NCBI GenBank assembly: GCA_045599245.1
Contig: JAZRVP010000220.1
Span: 590 to 64,589 of the forward strand
Origin: Myxococcota bacterium
GTDB taxonomy: Bacteria > Myxococcota_A > Bradymonadia > UBA4248
DNA: 64,000 nucleotides
Direction: 5' to 3'
The notes under the pieces were generated by a model. The model was given only the letters and a program-made list of their open reading frames with translations. It did not search any database and was not told where the DNA came from. Made by a program: the position numbers and the translations under genes. Shown here one piece after another: positions 19,174-27,580 of the stretch (its first letter is position 1; each line of letters opens with the position of its first letter).

Positions 19174-19414
19174 GGGTTACTACTCACCGGGGTTCTGCCC
19201 CGAACCCCGCTGGGGCTTTGCCCCAGACTCCACCAAAGGACTGAGTCCTTTGGAATCCTCAATATTTTTAGGGGGAATAAGCATTTGGGGCTGCCTAACC
19301 ATTATTACTCCGCCGGGGCCCTACCCGGCTCTCTGCAATTTCTGCCTTATAGTTGCGAAATGCTCTGCTCATATTTCAGAAGATTTGTGAATTAACGCAG
19401 GGTGAGTAGTAACC
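19174..19414 (+). repeat. Copy B of the mosaic intergenic repeat family with terminal inverted repeats
   Basis: The left end GGTTACTACTCACC (19176-19188) and right end GGTGAGTAGTAACC (19401-19414) are perfect reverse complements. The interior holds GGGGCTTTGCCCCAG, the perfect palindrome CAAAGGACTGAGTCCTTTG, ..AGTTGCGAAATG.. and GATTTGTGAATTAAC. Track ORFs 18997-19395 and 19115-19390 lie inside it and are spurious. Confidence 0.8.
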
Positions 19415-19464
19415 AAAAAGAGGTTACTATTCTGTCGGGGACTCGTGCCAGAGGGGGTCATGCG

Positions 19465-19522
19465 GCGTATCGGCAAAGCCGATAGCAGCATGAGGCCGAG
19501 CGTATCGGCAAAGCCGATAGCC
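19465..19522. repeat. Two REP-like palindromic units GCGTATCGGCAAAGCCGATAGC
   Basis: Two near-identical 22-nt palindromes (TATCGGC-AAA-GCCGATA) at 19465-19486 and 19500-19522, at the 3' end of the convergent 19537 gene. Confidence 0.7.
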
Positions 19523-19536
19523 GGCCCCTTCAAAGA

Positions 19537-20055
19537 TTAGAACATGCCGGAGTTCCAGGTCAGGGAAAGGCCGACTGTCATGTAATCGGTATCGACGAAG
19601 ACGAGGTGATAGCTGAAGAAAAGGCCGATTCCGAGATGACGGATGCCTCTGTATTGAATGAAGAAGTCGAAATCGAGGGCCATTCCGTGACCATCTTTTT
19701 GGTATTTGTAGGTTTTGTCTTCGGAAAAGAGTGCCGAGAGGTTAAGTCCGACGCCGGGCACCCATTGCAGGACATCGAGGGAGTAGAAGATGCCGGTTCG
19801 CAGGGTATAGAGCCCGAGTGAGTATTTTGCATCGATTTGTTTGGCGCCGTAGAAGCCGGCGCCGAGATTGATGCTGAGGCCGTCGATGGCAAAATAGCGT
19901 GCGAATAGTTCAGCGCCGCCGCCGTATATGTTGCGATCGGGCATGAGGATCGCGCCGGGAGCGCCGCCGAGTTCCCAGTCGCCTTCAAGGGCCTGGGCAT
20001 TTATGGAGCAGAGAGCACAAAAAAGGCCGATCGCGACTGCTATTAAATGATGCAT
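19537..20055 (-). CDS. Small outer-membrane beta-barrel-like protein
   Basis: Start ATG 20053-20055 gives signal peptide MHHLIAVAIGLFCALCSINAQA. Alternating hydrophobic beta-strand pattern and C-terminal ...NSGMF (terminal Phe typical of OMPs). The start overlaps the stop of the upstream rsmD. Confidence 0.55.
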   Translation of the reverse strand: MHHLIAVAIGLFCALCSINAQALEGDWELGGAPGAILMPDRNIYGGGAELFARYFAIDGLSINLGAGFYGAKQIDAKYSLGLYTLRTGIFYSLDVLQWVPGVGLNLSALFSEDKTYKYQKDGHGMALDFDFFIQYRGIRHLGIGLFFSYHLVFVDTDYMTVGLSLTWNSGMF

Positions 20056-20642
20056 TATGCGGAGGTTTCCGGGGCGGATTGCGTTTTGTTCTGAAGCGTG
20101 ATGAGCTGGATTCTGCATTTGCCGTATGTTCGGTCTTTAATGATAGACCATTGTTCGGGAATATCGATGGGGGAAGCTGTATCGGATTCGATGGAAACGA
20201 GGGCGCCGGGACGGAGCAGGTTGTTTTGAATGAGTGCATCGAGTGTCGCGGGCATGAGGCCTTCGTGGTATGGGGGATCGCACAGGACGAGATCGTACTG
20301 TCGCGGGGAGAGTTTGCAGAAGTCGCGAGGCGACTGTCCGAGGATGGTCTGAACCTCGCTGGATGCTTTGAGTGTAAGGATGTTTTTATTAAGGATGGCG
20401 AAGTGTTTTTTTGAAAGTTCGATGAAATCGACGTGTTTTGCGCCCCGGCTCCAAGCTTCGAGGCCGAGCATTCCGGCGCCGGCAAATGGATCGAGAACGC
20501 AGAGGTGTTCGAAGGAACCGAATTCGCTAAAAAGCATGGAGAACAGGGCTTCGCGTACGCGCACGAGTGTGGGGCGAACGCCGTCGCCTTCGGGAACGAT
20601 GAGTTTTGCGCCTCTGCGTTTTCCTGCGATGATAACCGGCAT
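20055..20642 (-). CDS. rsmD: 16S rRNA (guanine966-N2)-methyltransferase RsmD
   Basis: 195 aa with motifs LDPFAGAGMLGLEA (SAM-binding) and DPPY, in the RsmD family architecture. Confidence 0.85.
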   Translation of the reverse strand: MPVIIAGKRRGAKLIVPEGDGVRPTLVRVREALFSMLFSEFGSFEHLCVLDPFAGAGMLGLEAWSRGAKHVDFIELSKKHFAILNKNILTLKASSEVQTILGQSPRDFCKLSPRQYDLVLCDPPYHEGLMPATLDALIQNNLLRPGALVSIESDTASPIDIPEQWSIIKDRTYGKCRIQLITLQNKTQSAPETSA

Positions 20643-20651
20643 TTGGGACTC

Positions 20652-22439
20652 CTATTCACCGAGTGGTGTAGGGCTGAGGGGAGAATAGCGCCGCCGGCTT
20701 GGTTTTAGAGGGTCGTGTCGATTGTCGGCGGAGCTGTTCATGGCATCTTCGAGATTTGCCTGATGGGCTTTGACTTTTCGTGGGACTCGCGTGACGTGAT
20801 TGCCATCGTGACGAGGTGGGATGGGTGCCGGATCGGGGCGTCTCTGGATGTTTTGAGGGGGATTTTCCGGCGCACTCGATTGAACCGGTGCCGATGCAGT
20901 TCTCGATGAAGCCGGAGGCTGTGTCGGGGCAGTATAGGCGGCTTGTCTTGGGGCATCTGCAGTCGATGGCGGTCGATGTCGGACGGGTTCCTGTGATGTC
21001 GGCCGATGTTTGGAGATTGGGGGCCGATGTCTCTGGTGCATTGGCCTGTCTTTTGTCGGGACGGGATTATCCGGTCTTCGAGTCTGTGCCGGGGCATCGG
21101 CGTTTCGGCCAGGAGCCGCCGGCTGAGGTGCGGAGGCTGCAGGCGTTGCATGTGTCTCGGACTGTGTGACTGAGACCTCCGGTGTATCGGCTGTTATGCG
21201 GCGTTTGATTCGGACGACGTGTTTTGGAGACGACTGTCTGAGGGATGAAGCCTTTTGAGTCTTTGTCTGGAGTTCCTGTTCGACGGCGGCACTCGGGTCT
21301 CGATTGAGAAAGAATTTTGCAGGTTCGAGAGGGAATTCGATTTCGCCGGCGTCAACTTTTGCCTGAATTTCGTCGGTTGCAGGGATGAAGTCGTGAGGTG
21401 TGAGGCGTCCTATTTCGCCATTTTCGTAAGCGACGACGACTTCTTCACGGAGCATGTCGATTTCGGAGACGCGACCGATGCCCCATCGCGAGAAGATTTT
21501 TCGTCCCTTTTTTGGGAGATTTCGACGTTCGCGCATGTAGTCGCAGTATTCGTAGCTCATGCAGCAGTAGAGACGGCCGCAGACGCCGCTGATACGTTTT
21601 GGATTTGTGGCAAGTCCCTGAGCGCGAAGCTGTTTGACGGCGATGGGGTCGAACTGGCCGAGGAAACGGCCGCAGCACAGGAGCTGTCCGCAGGCGCCGA
21701 GTCCGCAGATGATTCCGGTTCCGTTTCTCAGGCCGAGTTGATACATCTCGACGCGCAGCTTGAGCTGTCCTGCGAGGTAGGCGACCATGTCTCTGAAATC
21801 GACGCGGACATCGGAGGCAAAGTTGATTGTGATGTTTTTATGGTCGTGGCTCAGGTCAGCCGAGAGCACCTTCATTTGAAGGTTTTGTTCGATGGCGTAG
21901 GCAGAAGCGAGTTCTTGAGCATGTTTTTCGATGACCGCATTTTCGCGATCGATATCGCGGTCTTCCTGGGAAGCGATGCGAATGACGAAAGGCATGGAAT
22001 TGATTTCAGCGACGCGTCTGTATCTGACGCCGACGGTTACGGCGAGGAGAATATTTCTGTGAACTCGCACGAGGACGGACTCACCGGCGTTGAGATGAAG
22101 GCCGTTTGTATTCACTTCGATGAGTCTTTGCGTTCGAGTGAGTCTAGCCTGGATGACTTCGTACAGGTGAGCCTCGCCGTTGAAAGGCTGTCGAATGAGT
22201 CGGCCGTCGGGATGTTTCGGAGGCTCGCGTTCCGGCTGATTTCTGCGATTAAACCGAGGTGCGAGCCGTGGATCCTGCTTTAGAGTGGCGGGGGTGAGTT
22301 CCGGAGAGTTGCCTCTTTGAGGCCTGTGAGGAGGCTGGGAAGAGGACGGCGGACGACGATCGTGGTTCTGTCTGTTTGAGCCGGGTTTCGGAGCGTTTTC
22401 TGAAGGGGAAGCGAATTCGTTTGAAATTTCGTCGGACAT
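20652..22439 (-). CDS. PSP1 C-terminal domain protein (RicT/YaaT-like) with long Pro/Ala-rich C-terminal tail
   Basis: PSP1-domain signatures including cysteine motifs GQLLCCGRF and GRLYCCMSYEYC. The C-terminal ~250 aa are low-complexity P/A/R-rich. Start ATG 22439 (the track used TTG 22454). No clear SD. Confidence 0.7.
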   Translation of the reverse strand: MSDEISNEFASPSENAPKPGSNRQNHDRRPPSSSQPPHRPQRGNSPELTPATLKQDPRLAPRFNRRNQPEREPPKHPDGRLIRQPFNGEAHLYEVIQARLTRTQRLIEVNTNGLHLNAGESVLVRVHRNILLAVTVGVRYRRVAEINSMPFVIRIASQEDRDIDRENAVIEKHAQELASAYAIEQNLQMKVLSADLSHDHKNITINFASDVRVDFRDMVAYLAGQLKLRVEMYQLGLRNGTGIICGLGACGQLLCCGRFLGQFDPIAVKQLRAQGLATNPKRISGVCGRLYCCMSYEYCDYMRERRNLPKKGRKIFSRWGIGRVSEIDMLREEVVVAYENGEIGRLTPHDFIPATDEIQAKVDAGEIEFPLEPAKFFLNRDPSAAVEQELQTKTQKASSLRQSSPKHVVRIKRRITADTPEVSVTQSETHATPAASAPQPAAPGRNADAPAQTRRPDNPVPTKDRPMHQRHRPPISKHRPTSQEPVRHRPPSTADAPRQAAYTAPTQPPASSRTASAPVQSSAPENPPQNIQRRPDPAPIPPRHDGNHVTRVPRKVKAHQANLEDAMNSSADNRHDPLKPSRRRYSPLSPTPLGE

Positions 22440-22444
22440 GGAAA

Positions 22445-23419
22445 TCAGAGGCAAAGGAGGGCGGCACCGAGCGTGCCGGCGTCATCGTGAAGAGTGGGTT
22501 TAATGAACTGCAGGTGAGCGGTTGCGGCGTGAGGCGCGAGGTCCATGATGTGATCGATGACGATGGCGAGGAGCTGAGGGCAGCCTTCGAGGACGCCGCC
22601 GCCGAGGAGCAGGCCGTTTGGATTGAGAATGGCGATTGCGTTGGCGGCCAGGATGCCGAGTGCGAGTCCAGTTTCTTCCCAGAAATGGCGTGCGTATGGG
22701 AGATTGTTAGAGAAAGACCGTTCAATGCATCGTGCAGTTGGGTGTTCATTTTCATCGAGTCCGAGTTCCTGACGGGTGATAACGCCGTTCTGGATATCGT
22801 GAAGGATGCGGTATTCGATGGCTTTTCCGCCGGCGAAAGCCTCGATGCATCCATTTTGTCCGCAGCCACAGGGATAGTCTTTGAAATAAGGGAATTTGCA
22901 GTGACCGATTTCGCCGCTGACGTTGTCGGCTCCGAGCATGAGTTTTCCGTCGATGATGAGTCCGGCGCCGATGCCGGTACCGACGTAAATCGCGAGGAGA
23001 CCCGGAATGGCACGTGCTGCGCCAAAATTGTATTCACCCCATGCGATGGCGTTGAGATCGTTGGCGATTTTGATTTCTACACTGGGGGCTGTGTTGCCGA
23101 TGGCCTCGCGAATGGCGGCGTGGAAGTCGACGTTGTGCCAGTTGAGGTTAGGGGCGTTGAGGATGGTGTGTTCGTCGATGGCGATCTGACCTGCGATGGC
23201 GACGCCGATGCCGGAAAGAGAAGCGGGATCGACGCCGAATTCAGCGGGAACGGTTGAGACGACGTGTCGAATGACCTGTGCGACGTCGCGCGGCGTTTGA
23301 GAACCGCGAATGGAGTGTTTTTGAGAAGCGAGGATTTTGAATTGTCCGTTGTTATTTTCAATCATGGCGCAGCGAGCGTTTGTGCCGCCGATATCGAAGC
23401 CGAGGAAATATGTTTTCAT
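22445..23419 (-). CDS. ROK-family sugar kinase (glucokinase/N-acetylglucosamine kinase type)
   Basis: N-terminal FLGFDIGGTNAR ATPase motif and the ROK zinc motif HCKFPYFKDYPCGCGQNGCIE. Start ATG 23417-23419 (MKTYFLGFDIGGT). Confidence 0.85.
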   Translation of the reverse strand: MKTYFLGFDIGGTNARCAMIENNNGQFKILASQKHSIRGSQTPRDVAQVIRHVVSTVPAEFGVDPASLSGIGVAIAGQIAIDEHTILNAPNLNWHNVDFHAAIREAIGNTAPSVEIKIANDLNAIAWGEYNFGAARAIPGLLAIYVGTGIGAGLIIDGKLMLGADNVSGEIGHCKFPYFKDYPCGCGQNGCIEAFAGGKAIEYRILHDIQNGVITRQELGLDENEHPTARCIERSFSNNLPYARHFWEETGLALGILAANAIAILNPNGLLLGGGVLEGCPQLLAIVIDHIMDLAPHAATAHLQFIKPTLHDDAGTLGAALLCL

Positions 23420-23547
23420 GGTGTTTAACTTTGAAGGAAAGTGCGCGAAGCGCAAAAAAAAAAGAGGCGATGCGTATGGCGTGAGCCATAGCGGCGCCGC
23501 GCGCGGCGTATCCGGCGTGGATAGCCGCGCAAACCAAATATAATCAA

Positions 23548-25230
23548 TCAGAGCAGAGGAACGGGCTGGAGGTGCATGTCCTTGACACTGGGGTTGTTGA
23601 GGGAACCGCGAAGGGCGTCGAGAGTCAGCATGAAGATGCCGAAAGTGATATCGCCGTCGGGAGAGAGGCGGACGCTGGAGTTTGTGCTGGAACGGAGTTT
23701 GGAGAGTGCCGGCGAGATGTTCTGAAGGCGGACTTTATTAGAGATGATGTCGTCGCGGAGTTCGAGAACGGGTTCGCCATCCGGAGTGAGGATTAGGGGT
23801 TCTTCGCCGATGATTCTGCGCATGGTCATTTCGATGCGATTAATTTTGAGGTCGATAGTGACGAGATTGCATTCCGGGAAAGTGACCATTCCGTGATCCG
23901 GCCAGGCGCAAGGCATGACGTTGATCGTTGTGATGCCGTTATGGGTGACGCCTGCGATTTTGACGGGTCTTGAAGAGGTGCCGAAAGAGTACATGGTACG
24001 ATAAACGGCGGACATCGGGATGGTTTCATCGAAGAGGAAATAGATGGGTTTTCCCTGATTTTTTTCGTCGTTAAGAGCGGCTTTTTGCAGTTTTTCGATG
24101 AAAGCTGCGCCGGCGTTGATTTCGGCGAAGGATGCGATTTTCTTTTCGTCGTAGAAGACGCCGTCGGCTTTTGTGACGGCGACGATGGAACCGTCATGGA
24201 CGTTATCGCCGTCCAGAGGCATGAAGTTAGAGGAGAGGGCTTTGGAAGCGGCGACGATGTCGTCGAAAGTACGGACTTTTTCCGGAGTGTCCTCTGTGAT
24301 GATGTCACCATCTTCTGTGAACTGTGTTTCGGTTTTTTCGGGTTTATTGATGATATGAGCGGCGATGGGGGCTGCGATGATTGTGACGAGGAGGACCGAA
24401 CCGAGGATAATGAGATATCGGACGGGGATGGATTTAAAGAACTCGGTAACGGGATTGACTTTCTCGTGATAGAGGAGATGGATTTGTTTGATGTCGATTT
24501 CGCGAGTGATGCTTTCGTTATTTTCTGGAGCCATTGGATGGCCGATGACGACGGGATTTTGAGGGGCTCCCGGGCGTTTTGGAGCGGGAGAGGCGGGGGG
24601 CTGTTTTTGAGGAGCGCCGCCCCATGCGTTCCAGTCGTCGTCGGCTTGAGACTGAGTGTTTCGAGGGATTTGGGGAGGTCTTGAACCGGGTCGTTTCGGG
24701 ACGCCTGGTACGACGGATTGTTCGATGATGCCGGCACTTTCGTCATCCCAGGCCTGTCCGATGGCGATTGTTTTTTCACCGCTTTTTTCGTGATGAATGA
24801 CGGGTTCGTCCATTTCGAGAGGCTGGAGGAGGGCTTCAGTTTCCTTTGGTTTATCGGCGAGCTGGCTCCAGTCCTGGTTGGTTCCCCAACCGCCGGGCTG
24901 CTGTCCCCACTGGACGTCGTTTGGAGCTTGTCCCCACTGCTGGTTTTGAGCGGGCTGGTTCCACTGTTGGGCGTTCATGGCGGACTGATTCCACTGCGTT
25001 GGCGCAGGCTGCTGTCCCCACTGGGCGTCGTTTGGCTGCTGTCCCCACTGGGCATCGTTTGGCTGCTGTCCCCACTGGGCGTCAGGCTGTTGTCCCCATG
25101 CCTGAGGCGACTGATTTTGAGCGGGCACGAGTGGAATTTGGCACTGTTCGCAAACTCCGCCGCCGCTTTGGGCATAAATCTGGTCGTCCACAAAATATGT
25201 ACTTTGACACCGGCTGCACGTCAGAAACAT
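23548..25230 (-). CDS. Zinc-ribbon membrane protein with QW-rich tandem repeats
   Basis: N-terminal CxxC...CxxC zinc ribbon (CSRCQSTYFVDD...CEQCQ). Five QWGQQPNDA repeats. A single TM helix (YLIILGSVLLVTIIAAPIAAHII). C-terminal ~270-aa extracytoplasmic domain. Confidence 0.65.
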   Translation of the reverse strand: MFLTCSRCQSTYFVDDQIYAQSGGGVCEQCQIPLVPAQNQSPQAWGQQPDAQWGQQPNDAQWGQQPNDAQWGQQPAPTQWNQSAMNAQQWNQPAQNQQWGQAPNDVQWGQQPGGWGTNQDWSQLADKPKETEALLQPLEMDEPVIHHEKSGEKTIAIGQAWDDESAGIIEQSVVPGVPKRPGSRPPQIPRNTQSQADDDWNAWGGAPQKQPPASPAPKRPGAPQNPVVIGHPMAPENNESITREIDIKQIHLLYHEKVNPVTEFFKSIPVRYLIILGSVLLVTIIAAPIAAHIINKPEKTETQFTEDGDIITEDTPEKVRTFDDIVAASKALSSNFMPLDGDNVHDGSIVAVTKADGVFYDEKKIASFAEINAGAAFIEKLQKAALNDEKNQGKPIYFLFDETIPMSAVYRTMYSFGTSSRPVKIAGVTHNGITTINVMPCAWPDHGMVTFPECNLVTIDLKINRIEMTMRRIIGEEPLILTPDGEPVLELRDDIISNKVRLQNISPALSKLRSSTNSSVRLSPDGDITFGIFMLTLDALRGSLNNPSVKDMHLQPVPLL

Positions 25231-25361
25231 AGAACACTCGCAAAAAAAGACGAAACATCCCCTTGAAAAGCCAGAGGCTCAAAAGTCTGACTATATCACA
25301 TTCTTTATGATTCGCTTTTATAATTGTGACGGTGGGGGTGATAAAAAAAGATTTTTTGGGA

Positions 25362-25432
25362 GGCGTCTATCGCCCGGGAGTGCGATACGACGCCGGGTCT
25401 GCGTCTATCGCTCTGGGAGCGATACGCCGCGA
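25362..25432. repeat. Two degenerate REP-like hairpin units (GGCGTCTATCGC...GCGATACGACGCC)
   Basis: Imperfect palindromes sharing the TATCGC/GCGATA core with the GCGTATCGGC...GCCGATAGC family. Confidence 0.45.
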
Positions 25433-25481
25433 CCGGAATAATGTGGAGAGTGTGTGTCAAGGATGGAGGAGGGGGTGAAAA

Positions 25482-25843
25482 GTTACTGTTCACCCGGGGC
25501 TCTGCCCCGAACCCCGCTGGGGCTTTGCCCCAGACCCCACCAAAGGACTGAGTCCTTTGTAATCCTCAATATTTTTAGATAGTATAAGCCTTTTGGGCTG
25601 CCTATCCCTTGTTCCTCGCCGGGGCCCCTCCTCAGTTCGCAATATGAAATGCACTTTGTTTCCCGAGCCTGTCGGCTCTCCAACTCGTTCATTTCATTTG
25701 CTCACTGGGCTCTGCTATGCCAGCCGTCCACCGGACGCCTGCCTTCTCGGCCCCCCCCCGCTCTCGTCAATTTCTGCCTAAAAATTGCGAAATACTCTGC
25801 CATATTCAGTAGATATGTGAATTACCGTGGGTGAGTAGTAACG
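25482..25843 (+). repeat. Copy C (longest, composite) of the mosaic intergenic repeat family with terminal inverted repeats
   Basis: Left end GTTACTGTTCACCC, right end GGGTGAGTAGTAACGG. Module 1 (25482-25600) matches copy B (GGGGCTTTGCCCCAG, CAAAGGACTGAGTCCTTTG). Module 2 (25600-25843) is the reverse complement of copy A. Confidence 0.85.
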
Positions 25844-25995
25844 GTGAAAACGACAAAGTGGTATGAATATTGGCATAAAGCCGTGAAATGTGATAAGGAT
25901 GAAAAATTGAGTGCAAGTCACTCAATCGAAAAAGCAAGAGAGACACCTCTTTCCCAAATAGACCCCGGACTATCAGGAAGGTTAAGGAGATTGGC

Positions 25996-27465
25996 ATGGT
26001 TTTAAATAAGGCAAAGACGTTGGCGGCGATGATAGGGATGTGCGGAGCACTGGCAGCAGGCGAAGCGATTGCTGCCGATGTTACGGATGTATTGGATGCT
26101 GCCGATGAGGTTTATCTTGGAACGGAAAAAGTGAGTGATCCGTTTGATATTTCTCTGACGCCGAAATTTGTTCAGCGGATTGAGCAGGCGAAACTGAAAC
26201 GTGAGTTGAATTATGGTGGAAACATCCGTCTGCTGAATGAACTGGAATACGATCGGAAGATCAATGAGTTTGATATTGATCTGGAGATTGGTATGTTCCA
26301 CGATCTTTCGTTCAGAATGCACATGCCGATTATTATATCAGATCAGCAGACGTATAAATTTGATACGTCGAGCGACAATCCTGAGTATCAGATATCGCCG
26401 GAGAAGTCGTATCTTTCGCCGGGGATAATTGATGCGTCGCAGGGACGGGGCTATCGATTTTTTGAGCTTCAAAGCGGTGAGACGCTCAAAGGGCATAAGC
26501 GAAGCGGTTTTGGAGACATGAGCTTTGGAATTGCATGGAGTCCGTACAATACGGAGCGTCATTTTATTCCGGAGAGACCGTGGGAGCGCAATACGGGTCG
26601 TTCGACCATTACGCTTGCGTTTGATTACATTGCGCCGACGGGCAAAGGCATGGGAATAGACAATGATTATGTTGGCAAAAGTGCGCATGAATTCCTGTTT
26701 ACGGTAGCGGCATCTCATCGTTTCCCGGTTGTTGATCCGTACATCAGGTTGCAGTATGGACTTCCAGTCGGGATGGATGATGCGTATCCGGAATACAATG
26801 CGAACCAGAAGCGAGTGGATCCCGGGATGTGGGGCCGCATTGATCTTGGTATCGAATTTATCCCGTATGAGAGCATTGATGTGAAATTCCAGCGAAGTGT
26901 GAAGATCGATCTTCGCGGGTTCTTCAAATACACAGCGGAAGGCCGTGCCTACAGCGAGCTTTCCGATGCGTTGGGCACGAGTTCGTGCCGCAGTATGAGT
27001 GGATCGGAACTGGCGGCGCATCCGGAATGCGCCTGGGTTCAGGAAAAATGGTCGAATGCCGGGGCGAGCCACATCAATGAGATTGCAGAAGCAACGAAGA
27101 CTGCGTCACTGTACAACGGTGATCTTCATGAAGACGGCCTGTTTGATTACGAAGGATTTGCGACGGTCGGTGGAGCGATTAACCTTACGATTCAGCCCAT
27201 TCAGTATGTACAGATACTTGCGGGTGTTGCCGTGGATTATACCCAGAACCATTTCGTGACCTTTACGAAGATTGGTAAAGACCGTGTTAAATTTGATGAT
27301 AATACGGGCAGTATTACACAGGAAAAAGACAGACTTGTGACCGATACTCTTGTCGAGGAAAGAAACCCGACGTTCAGTGGAGCACTCGATCGCGTAGGCC
27401 AGCGCATCAAACGAACGGAATCGCTTGATATTGAGTGGTTTGTGGGCCTTCGTCTGATGTACTGA
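25996..27465 (+). CDS. Secreted hypothetical protein, possibly outer-membrane beta-barrel
   Basis: Signal peptide MVLNKAKTLAAMIGMCGALAAGEAIAADV. 489 aa, aromatic-rich, ends ...VGLRLMY (terminal aromatic). No recognised catalytic motifs. Confidence 0.65.
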   Translation: MVLNKAKTLAAMIGMCGALAAGEAIAADVTDVLDAADEVYLGTEKVSDPFDISLTPKFVQRIEQAKLKRELNYGGNIRLLNELEYDRKINEFDIDLEIGMFHDLSFRMHMPIIISDQQTYKFDTSSDNPEYQISPEKSYLSPGIIDASQGRGYRFFELQSGETLKGHKRSGFGDMSFGIAWSPYNTERHFIPERPWERNTGRSTITLAFDYIAPTGKGMGIDNDYVGKSAHEFLFTVAASHRFPVVDPYIRLQYGLPVGMDDAYPEYNANQKRVDPGMWGRIDLGIEFIPYESIDVKFQRSVKIDLRGFFKYTAEGRAYSELSDALGTSSCRSMSGSELAAHPECAWVQEKWSNAGASHINEIAEATKTASLYNGDLHEDGLFDYEGFATVGGAINLTIQPIQYVQILAGVAVDYTQNHFVTFTKIGKDRVKFDDNTGSITQEKDRLVTDTLVEERNPTFSGALDRVGQRIKRTESLDIEWFVGLRLMY

Positions 27466-27494
27466 TTCGGAGGGATATTCCCGGAATTTTCTAA

Positions 27495-27525
27495 TAAAAA
27501 AAGCGCCTTTTGGCGCTTTTTTTAT
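27495..27525 (+). terminator. Rho-independent terminator
   Basis: AGCGCC-TTTT-GGCGCT followed by T7. Confidence 0.75.
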
Positions 27526-27580
27526 ACATACAAAGTGTTTTTATTCTGTTTCAGAAACGAGCCATCATCCGGAAAAGACC

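Noticed and set aside
18997-19395. ORFs 18997-19395 and 19115-19390 (+)
   Set aside because: They lie over the tRNA-Gln gene and inside the intergenic repeat copy B. They have no RBS and a repeat-derived sequence.
21255-22283. 342-aa plus-strand ORF
   Set aside because: It is antisense to the PSP1-domain gene, which carries recognisable family motifs.
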